Of a stretch of 64,000 bases of DNA, positions 53,977 to 62,860 are shown in pieces. The position numbers and the translations under genes are program-made. Position 1 is the first letter of the stretch, and every line of letters begins with the position of its first letter. The stretch is taken from the NCBI GenBank assembly GCA_028023455.1, contig JAQFVV010000006.1, forward strand, positions 7,440,001 through 7,504,000. Reading direction: 5' to 3'. The notes beneath the pieces are model-generated. The model searched no databases, was not told the origin of the DNA, and saw only the letters and a program-made list of their open reading frames with translations. Origin of the DNA: Epiperipatus broadwayi. Lineage: Eukaryota; Animalia; Onychophora.

Positions 53977-55602
53977 TTAGTGACGGATATTTTTGATTCG
54001 AACTTGATCAAGAGTAGGATTCGCTTGATCAGTTTCATCGAATTGTTGAAGAGCAGTGGTAGATAGTAGCTGTTGGGAATTCTGCTTCTTTAAACTAGTA
54101 TCAGATTTTAAGCAGTTCTCTATTGATTGTTGAGAAGTATTGAATTGTAGCTGCTGGTAGGTTGACTCAGTCGAGTTTGTATCTAAATTTAAATGTTGTT
54201 CTGATGATTGATGTAGTGCAGGCTGTTGTATAAATACTGTATTGGATTTTAAGCCATTCTCTATTGACTGTTGAGAAGTGTTAAATTGTAACTGCTGGTA
54301 GGTTAACTTAGTCAAGCTTGTGTCTAAATTTAAATGTTCTAATGATTGATGATATACTTGACGTAGAATAGGCTGTTGTGTAAATGCTGTGTTTTGTACT
54401 TGTTGATCAGTATTAGAGTCTTGAGGTGAGGTTTGGTTCTGGGAAATGGTGTTGCATTTGTGATTTTTTGATTTTCTAGCTTTGCAGAGGGCACATATTT
54501 TTTTGGGGCATGCCTTGACCAGGTGAGTGCACTCTCCACAAGTGAAACACTGGGGCTGCACTCCACGTATAGAGATATAAAGGGGGCACTTGATTTCCTC
54601 AAGCATAGATGGAATGTCAATTGGAGTGTAGCCCTTAGCAAGTTTGATGGTAAAAGCTGCAGTGTTGGAAGGTAATTCAAGACCAGATCTTTTCTCAACA
54701 AGGAATTTGAAATCAGTAATTTCACCATATTTGTTTAGCAACTTTTGAAGATCTATCTGGGTAAAGTTGCGATAACAGTTTCTTGCAAGGCCATAGGTGA
54801 GCCTAGGCCTGTTCATGTTTATTGTTATAAGGTAATGTTGATTCAGAGTCAGGTGCTGTCTCTTGAAGTTTTCTTTCTGTAATATGTTATGAAATTCAGT
54901 GATCAAGTATCTTCTGTTTGGGTGGTGATATACCCTTCTGATGGCATCTCCTAGATTAGAGTCTTTCAGCAGTTGGAAAAAGTCATCAGTAGAGAACGTG
55001 AAGAGCTGACAATTGTTATCAGTGGTGGTGAGGATGAGGGCATTATCACTTGAGTAAGGTATAAAGGAGTGAAACAGAACTGATGGAATTCTTGCATTAA
55101 ACTTGAGACTGATTCTTTGATGATTATTCAATAAGTTTTGAGTGTCTGATGAGTTTGGAAGCAAAGCGTTTTCTTTATTAATTGAGGTGGCAAGTTCTTC
55201 CTCATACAAATCAAGTGATCCTAATTGTACAGAGTAGGAGGAGGGAGTTTGGTTTAGTGTGCTGAAATTATTTTTACTTACAACTGCCACATAAGACTGT
55301 TTGTTATTATCGTTAAAACCATGCGATGTTATTTTAGATGGCAATAGTGGAAAATTGTTTTGGAAAGTATGTTCTACTTGGAGTGGATTATTGGTTCTGG
55401 TATCAAAATTTAGGTAATTGCTGGAGGAGTTGGATTCTGTGATTTTAACTCCACTGTTTAGTCCCTGAGAAACTTTCTGTTTCGAAAGCTGTGACCATTG
55501 TAATAAACGATTTTGATTATCTACAGAAAAACTCTCATAGTTTTCATATTGTTGCTGCTGTGATATGATTATGGTGGGAGATTGGGATTTTTTTTCTATT
55601 GT
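53977..55602 (-). CDS. LINE ORF1 (RRM-like region plus CCHC zinc knuckle); 5' end disrupted
   Basis: CFTCGECTHLVKAC (CX2CX4HX4C). The frame stays open to 55602 by manual translation. An upstream ATG at 55925 is separated from it by stops and a 34-bp duplication (55658-55726). Confidence 0.8.
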   Translation of the reverse strand, partial: TIEKKSQSPTIIISQQQQYENYESFSVDNQNRLLQWSQLSKQKVSQGLNSGVKITESNSSSNYLNFDTRTNNPLQVEHTFQNNFPLLPSKITSHGFNDNNKQSYVAVVSKNNFSTLNQTPSSYSVQLGSLDLYEEELATSINKENALLPNSSDTQNLLNNHQRISLKFNARIPSVLFHSFIPYSSDNALILTTTDNNCQLFTFSTDDFFQLLKDSNLGDAIRRVYHHPNRRYLITEFHNILQKENFKRQHLTLNQHYLITINMNRPRLTYGLARNCYRNFTQIDLQKLLNKYGEITDFKFLVEKRSGLELPSNTAAFTIKLAKGYTPIDIPSMLEEIKCPLYISIRGVQPQCFTCGECTHLVKACPKKICALCKARKSKNHKCNTISQNQTSPQDSNTDQQVQNTAFTQQPILRQVYHQSLEHLNLDTSLTKLTYQQLQFNTSQQSIENGLKSNTVFIQQPALHQSSEQHLNLDTNSTESTYQQLQFNTSQQSIENCLKSDTSLKKQNSQQLLSTTALQQFDETDQANPTLDQVRIKNIRH

Positions 55603-55929
55603 CTAGATGTGAATTTTTGGATCCTAAAAATGGGTCTGAGTGCCCTCTCAGTCACTCAGAAGGTTGAAAACTGGGGAGATGAATTTTGGTTAGAAGGTGG
55701 AAAACTGGGGAGATGAATTTTGGTTACGTGAGTATTTTTTTACGTTTTCCCAATGTTTACGAATGGGTTTGAATTTTTACTGTTTGATCTGAGTGGCTTA
55801 CTTGAATTTTGTTGTGGTCTTAACTGGGGGCTTAAGTTTTTCATGTCAGAGACCTGAATAACGTTGGTAATAAAACAAGCATTTGAAATTTCTATAGCGT
55901 CGGATTCAAAATTTGGGACACTCATTTTC

Positions 55930-56620
55930 TAATGAGCTGATAGAAAATAAAAGAGAAAGAGCTTACCTAGTAGTTCCAGAGGCTCTATTTGTCGAGGTTT
56001 GAGTGAAAATATTCGAAATTAATATTTTGTTTCCATCCGATGTGTTAGGATGATTCCTAGTTGGCGCCATCTAGCAGACCCTATTACCACATTGTTGATT
56101 GCTAGGTTGTTTCTCCTCTGGCTTTGAGATTACTAATAATATTAATTCAATGAGATTTTTCACTTAATATGGGGAATGCAAAAGAAAAATGGATTTTTTT
56201 TTACTTAGTTTATTTAAATACTAGTCCTACCCAAACACACATTTCTAATATGTTTAATTTCACAATGTGTGTGGTTAATGAGCTGATAGAAAATAAAAGA
56301 GAAAGAGCTTACCTAGTAGTTCCAGAGGCTCTATTTGTCGAGGTTTGAGTGAAAATATTCGAAATTAATATTTTGTTTCCATCCGATGTGTTAGGATGAT
56401 TCCTAGTTGGCGCCATCTAGCAGACCCTATTACCACATTGTTGATTGCTAGGTTGTTTCTCCTCTGGCTTTGAGATTACTAATAATATTAATTCAATGAG
56501 ATTTTTCACTTAATATGGGGAATGCAAAAGAAAAATGGATTTTTTTTTACTTAGTTTATTTAAATACTAGTCCTACCCAAACACACATTTCTAATATGTT
56601 TAATTTCACAATGTGTGTGG
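55930..56620. repeat. Identical 346-bp tandem duplication
   Basis: taatgagctgatagaaaa starts at 55930 and 56276; no differences seen. Confidence 0.92.
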
Positions 56621-58824
56621 GCATATATATATATATATATATTGTTGTTCCATTGTCTGTGCAGATATAGAGAATGTCTGGTTTGCCAACTCTAGAACAT
56701 GCAACATATAATTTTCCATGTGAGAAGCAATCCATGTCTAGATCTATACCACACAATTCTAAAGATTGGTCCTGAGCTTTGTTGATGGTGATTGCAAATG
56801 CCAATCGAATTGGAAATTGCAATCTCTTAAATTGAAATGGGATATCCATTGGAATCATAGGAATGTGAGGAATGAGGACATCTTCATCCTTGAAAGACCC
56901 TGTCAAGATTGTTGCTTCTACAATGTTGTTCATTCATTTTTGTACTGCAAGCAGCATGCCATTGCAAAGCTATAGCTGTTTGATATTTCGCAATATGAAA
57001 ATTGGCACACCGATTTTCAATTGCAGTACGTGCGGTGACATCCCTGGAAGATCGAATGAATTCAAAAATTCTGTTGAATAATTAACTGTTTCATCTGCTT
57101 CTACAGCAGTGTTGATGGACTCGTATGTGACTGTGTCACTTTGAATGTTAGACTGAATAAGATTAAGTTCATAGACGATTTTGTTCTTAGCTGCAAGAAT
57201 AGCTCATTCACTCAGCCAATCATTATTCTTATAATTGGTTTGAATATTGGGAAATACTTTTTTAACCTTCATTTGATGTCATTAAATTGCAGAAGTTATG
57301 AGGCAACATAGGTCGTCCCGAGGTCAGATCAACCAGCAGCTTTCCGTTCCCAATTTCCAGCAATTTGATATGAGAATATCTCAACTGATCGATCATTTTG
57401 CAGCTGGACATGCATATTTGTAGTTAATTTTAACATCTTTACATGATGCCATAAAGTAGAGTATAGCAGGCAAGCATTTATTTTGTCCACTGGTGTCGAT
57501 CGATGAATTACAGGTAATGTTTGCCTGAAATCTCCTGCAAACAATATTAATGCATTCCCAAATGGTCTGTTCCCACACAAATCTTGCAATGATTGATCAA
57601 GAGCCTTGAGCAAATTTTTGTGTGCCATTGTGCATTCATCCCAAATAATAAGTTTGTATTTCTGCAATATTTTTTTCATGCCAGATGCTTTGGAAGTGTT
57701 GCCCATGAGAGTTTCAATGAATTGTAGGTTCAATGGCAATTTCAATGCAGAATGAGCAGGTCTTCCACCTGGTAGCAATGTCACAGCTATTCCAGACAAT
57801 TCAAGAACTAAGGCTATGTCATTTTGGGATCGAATTGCTGCCACAATCAATCTAATTAGGAATGTTTTACCAGTTCCTCTGGGTGCATCTAAGAAGAAGA
57901 TTTCTCCAACCCAGTTATTGACACATTGCATTATTTGATCGTAAATGCCTTTTTGCTAAAGCATTAGCTTAGGAATATTTGATTGCACATACAACAAAAG
58001 ATCACCCATGTTGTAATTTTGTTCACAACACAATTCTACATTGAACAAAGCAGCAAATCAATTTGATGATGGCATTCCCAATTGATTGAAAACTTTGTTT
58101 GCAATTTCTAAGACCAAATCTTCAATTATTATCTCTGTTGGAGATGAAGGAGAGCATGCAATCAATATGATTGCAAACAATGCATGAATTTCATTTGGAT
58201 GTGACATGTTGCATACGTCATTAATGCATACATCCCAAGGTCGATCATTTGACATGCATTGCAGAAAGTGGCATGTGTAACACCACTGACAATTCACAAT
58301 TGGATGTGACATGTTGCATACATCATTAATGCATACATCCCAAGGTCGATCATTTGACATGCATTGCAGAAAGTGGCATGTGTAACACCACTGACAATTC
58401 ACAATTGCTAGAAAGATGTTGGACCGAATACATTCACCAACAGCATGTGAAAAAAGAAGCATTCATCTTGATTGAAATGCATGGACTTAAAAACAAAGAA
58501 AAAATTAAAAAAAATACTAATGAAATATTTCAATTCAAATGCAGATCAATTGACACAGCTCAATAATACCACCAATTGCACTGAAAAATAAGAAAAACAG
58601 TTAAAAATACAAAATGAAAAACAATGAAAAAATCAACTATACTCATGAAATTACCTGTCATAGGTGTGACATCCATATAATAGTAGATATATAAATAGTA
58701 GGAATATAAAAACATGTGCATATTCGAATGCAATGTTGTGTCAAAATTTCAAAGCAATCAGTGAAGAACTTTCAGAGATTTAAGATTTTGAACAAATGAA
58801 CATTTACATTTTTATTTACATAGA
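56567..58824 (-). mobile_element. Non-autonomous, internally deleted Helitron
   Basis: A|TCTATGTAAATAAAAATG 5' end at 58824; CTAG|T 3' end at 56567; PIF1 helicase motifs DAPxGTGKT, IIWDECTM, AGDFRQTLPV, QFPIRLAFAITINKAQ, CFSHGKLYVACSRV. Confidence 0.9.
56640..58462 (-). pseudogene. RepHel C-terminal PIF1-like helicase fragment, frameshifted
   Basis: ORFs 57329-57931, 56556-56933 and 58058-58462; internal 105-bp tandem duplication at 58197-58409. Confidence 0.88.
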
Positions 58825-59749
58825 TTTATGATTATTTTGATACAATATTTGTAGAATTATTTAAAAATAAAAATATACATTTTTACACTTTGATTATATT
58901 CAAATATGTTTTATTTTTGAAGATATAAGTTAACAAATTCAGTCATAACGGTAAACAGAAAATATGGTGGAAAGATTGTTAATGCCTTTTTAAATTTTTT
59001 TTTTAATATCATGTAGGCTGCAATATTTGTGATAAGTTAAAAATTATAAATGCAATTTTACATTTTAGAACAGAATTTGATGGATTTATGATAGTTTCAC
59101 ATTAATTTATTCATGATTTAAAAATAAAGTTTTATTACCAAAGATTCTGTTAATTTTCTGTTTTCATTGAGGAAAAAAATATCATTCACATTACATATTT
59201 TATTCTTTTTTTTTTTCTATATTTTCAAAATTCAAATATGATTTCTTTTTAGGATGCTTATTTACAGATGTTTCTTATTTGTAATCTTATATTTCTTAAC
59301 AATCAAGTCCAGTTCATTCAAATCTAATACAGAATAAAGATGCAATACTAAAATCAAATGCCAAATAATTACAAAAATTGACACCAGGGATAATAATGAA
59401 AATGCTTTCACCTAAAAAAGAATATGTTCTAGACAAATCTGTGTGATATTATTAATAGACAACTGTATTTTAATCAGATGATAATTACCAATTTAATATC
59501 TGCTATAAAAAATTACTCTATTTAGGAGTAAAGTGGAAAAAATACTTCTAGCAGCAAATACAAAAAATTATTCATTATTTCTACTGATGAAATTATTATT
59601 CAATAATAAATAAAAAAGGCGGTGCCTGCTATTTCAAGAGAACTATAATATCCATGATAGTTTGTTCCAATCTCCTTCAGCACATAACAGCTCATAAATT
59701 GTTGATAAGCTGAGGTTACTATAAAATACAAATTGTTTATTGAATAACA

Positions 59750-60345
59750 TATGTACAGTAATTGTCAACATGCATGAATATACATAACACAGATGCTTTT
59801 CTACGTCCACAGTATGCATAATGTGGCCCTTTCAGCTGCAGGATGTCTTCAGAATATGTTGAATAAAGTGGAAGAAGGATGTATAAAATATGAAATGAAG
59901 ATTAATGGTGAGAAGATTACATGTTTATGGATGGAAATAATGCAAAAGGACTGCAAATTAAAATTCATGATAACATAGTTCAAGAGGTATTGGAATTTAG
60001 ATATTTAGGTAGATGGTTGAGTGAGGATAGAAGAAGTGAAAGATGACATTAAAAGAAGCATAGCATTGACGAATGAGGCATTTACTAAGAGAAAAAAGAT
60101 ATTTTGTGGACCTTTGAAGAGTGAATTAAGAAAAAAAGATTAATTAAATGCTATATCTGGAGTGTGCTATTGTATGGCTGTGAAATGTGGGCGATATGTC
60201 ATAAAAATAGAAACAGATTGAAAACCCCTCAGATGTGATCACGGGGAAGGATGAAAAAAATCATTTGGATAAATATATAAATGAAGAAGTTTTGAAAAGA
60301 GTAAATGAAAAAAGGAAGATGGATTGAGGAAATTTAAAATAGAAA
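59750..60345 (+). pseudogene. Non-LTR RT fragment, same type as 40745-41190
   Basis: LQNMLNKVEEGCIKYEMKIN..K, FRYLG, CYIWSVLLYGCEMW, NEEVLKRVNEKR. Confidence 0.75.
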
Positions 60346-60688
60346 TTGGACTGCTTTATTTTTTTAAAATTAAATAGTGAAATGTCTCTTTCTGCACCAT
60401 TAAATTCACCCTGGATGATATTCTTTTACTTCAATCATTGGAATTTCCAATGGAAAAAAATTGCAGTCTCCTTATCAGCACTATGGCTTCTACAGTTGTT
60501 TTGATGTTTTCAGTGTCAACCTACGAAGTGTTATTAATGAATATGATCACCATCGTGCTCTGAGTTAGCAAAATAGATACTCCTGTATCATAAAATTTAC
60601 TAAGCTCACAAATTTTAATGTTTTTAATTTTTTCTATTTACAGTTTTTTAGAGAGGAATAGCATATACCTAAAGTAGTGTATATTGTT

Positions 60689-61564
60689 TATAAACAAAGC
60701 AAAGCAAAACTCCATATAGTAGTGCCACCTGTGCTAAACAAAGTAATCAATGGATGCCAGAAGGCTTGTGTATAAAATCCCTATCTAATGCCTACTGATC
60801 CAATATCCCCAGACTAGTTTCTGGCTTATGGCCTTCGTCAGTGAGGAGCTTTGGATCTGAGAGCACTGCATCTAGATCTTAGGATCTAATGCAACCTCTA
60901 GCAACCACCCCTTATCTCTACTTAATTACAAAACTGTGAGCATGAAATTGAAAACACAAAAAATATTTTCAATCTAAGCTCATAGCTTATATAGTCATAT
61001 GGGCCTGAACTCAGTTCAGCACCCATACATTTTGGTGTCTTTGGCTCTTTAACAACCATAGCCACCACTACCCTATTAGGCAGGATTGGTGTTAAACTAG
61101 CAAGCATCACATGATCACATCTCCAATACTAGCACATAATTGTTTATAAACAAAGCAAAGCAAAACTCCATATAGTAGTGCCACCTGTGCTAAACAGAGT
61201 AATCAATGGATGCCAGAAGTCTTGTGCATAAAATCCCTATCTAATGCCTACTCATCCAATATCCCCAGACTAGTTTCTGGATTATGGCCTTTGTCAGTGA
61301 GGAGCTTTGGATGTGAGAGCACTGCATCTAGATCTTAGGATCTAATGCAACCCTCTAGCAACCACCTTTTATGTCTACTTAACTACAAAACTAGTCTGGG
61401 GATATTGGATGAGTAGGCATTAGATAGGGATTTTATGCACAAGCCTTCTGGCATCCATTGATTACTTTGTTTAGCACAGGTGGCACTACTATATGGAGTT
61501 TTGCTTTGCTTTGTTTATAAACAATTATGTGCTAGTATTGGAGATGTGATCATGTGATGCTTGC
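60689..61564. mobile_element. HHR family F1: tandem minus-strand monomers (456 nt) plus inverted arm, 14-bp TSD
   Basis: HHRs lie at 60806-60847 and 61262-61303 (period 456); inversion at about 61387 (aaaact microhomology); TSD tagtgtata(t/c)tgtt lies at 60675-60688 and 61565-61578. Confidence 0.9.
60806..60847 (-). ncRNA. Minimal type I hammerhead, intact core (F1)
   Basis: UCCUCA-CUGACGA-AGGC(CAUAA)GCCA-GAAA-CUAG-UC-UGGGGA. Confidence 0.85.
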
Positions 61565-61757
61565 TAGTGTATACTGTTATGGTGTATATCACAGTTTCAC
61601 CATACTTCTAATATCTTTACAAATGCTAGGATGTGTGACAGTTAGTAATAATATTTAATGATACACAATAATATAAAACAATGGATAATAACTATTTATA
61701 TAATCAGTCTAAGATCTAGATTTGTTTACAGAGTTAATTAATCTACAAAAAACTCAC

Positions 61758-61998
61758 CACTTTCATGTCCCGAAGCAAAAATGTTGATTCCATTAATTTT
61801 CAAATGCACATGACTAACATTTTTCATCAAGCTTCTCGAGACTTTTCTACTTTTTTCACTTTTGTCAACAGGTTTTGGACCTGTTTTGGGCAAACAACTG
61901 AGAAGAGAGAGAAGAACAACAGTTAGTTGTGGTCGCCATTCTAACTGAATCTGATCAAACATGGCTTCAATTTTTGCATCTCCTTTATGCTGATGGAT
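61758..61998 (-). CDS. BLTP2: Host gene exon, BLTP2/KIAA0100/hobbit-like bridge-like lipid transfer protein
   Basis: tattttag|ATC acceptor and G|gtgagt donor; 241 nt, phase 0 to 1; ...VSHVHLKINGINIFASGHES resembles human [21 protein letters not shown] as recalled from memory. Confidence 0.7.
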
Positions 61999-62461
61999 CT
62001 AAAATAATATAACGATTTTGAAGAATATAATTAATGTGAATATATTTTAATAAATGATCTTTGAATAGTCAAACTTATACATATATATAAAATCCGAACC
62101 ACTGACATATATACACACACACTCATACAATAATCTAATCCAATTGCAAACCATTTGTTTTAGTTGTTGCTTAGGAACCATTAAAAAAAAAGGGAACCAT
62201 TAAAAAAAAAGGGATGTCACTTTACTTTAGCTTGTCATAGATATATAAGCTATATATATATTTAAACTGTGAATTAAACAGTCTGATTTTAATATAAACA
62301 CAAATGTATTGTTACACTTTGATTAACAAGGATCAAGGCTTCTGTCCTCATCACAATTGAGTGTGAAATTTAAATTAATCCAGATATAATTTAAACTCCA
62401 AGTTAAACAGTCTAAATTTGAATATATATATATTAATATAATATTTTTAATGGATGTTTAA

Positions 62462-62683
62462 GTGGAAATATTTAATATATGGAGTTATACATTTATAATT
62501 ACTTAATTATAAAGCACTTTACTTAGAACAGCAGCCAATCAAAGCTCATTTTGAATGCAATTAGCCTGTCAGTTTACTCTCACTCTTAGTCTGGGGCAGT
62601 TAGCTTCATTGGCAGCTGTTCTAAATAAAGTGCTTTCTAATTAAGTAATTATAAAATGATAACTCCACACATTAAATATTTCC
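62462..62683. repeat. Inverted repeat (about 85-bp arms)
   Basis: ggaaatatttaat...agaacagcagccaat is inverted to attggcagctgttct...attaaatatttcca; the spacer holds tagtctgggg. Confidence 0.7.
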
Positions 62684-62696
62684 ATATATATATTAC

Positions 62697-62860
62697 ATCA
62701 CCCCACATGGTTAAGATTCAGCATCACCCTCTGCAAATTAGTATATAAATATATTAGAGTCCATATTTCAAAATATCTATTTTGAAATATGGACTCTAAT
62801 ATTTATGTATTTATTTTATAGAGATTGGTGCTAAATTTCTTAGCTATGTGGAGGGATTTT
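62697..62860. repeat. Palindromic MITE-like element
   Basis: Near-perfect core atattagagtccatatttcaaaat/attttgaaatatggactctaatat with degenerate outer arms. Confidence 0.6.

Larger units (their letters stand above)
50281..56082 (-). mobile_element. Full-length (5.8 kb) L1/Tx1-type non-LTR retrotransposon, decayed
   Basis: 14-bp TSD attaccacattgtt (50267-50280 and 56083-56096); poly(A) and AATAAA (50304-50309); ORF1 with CCHC knuckle; ORF2 with APE, RT and C-terminal CCHC. Confidence 0.92.
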
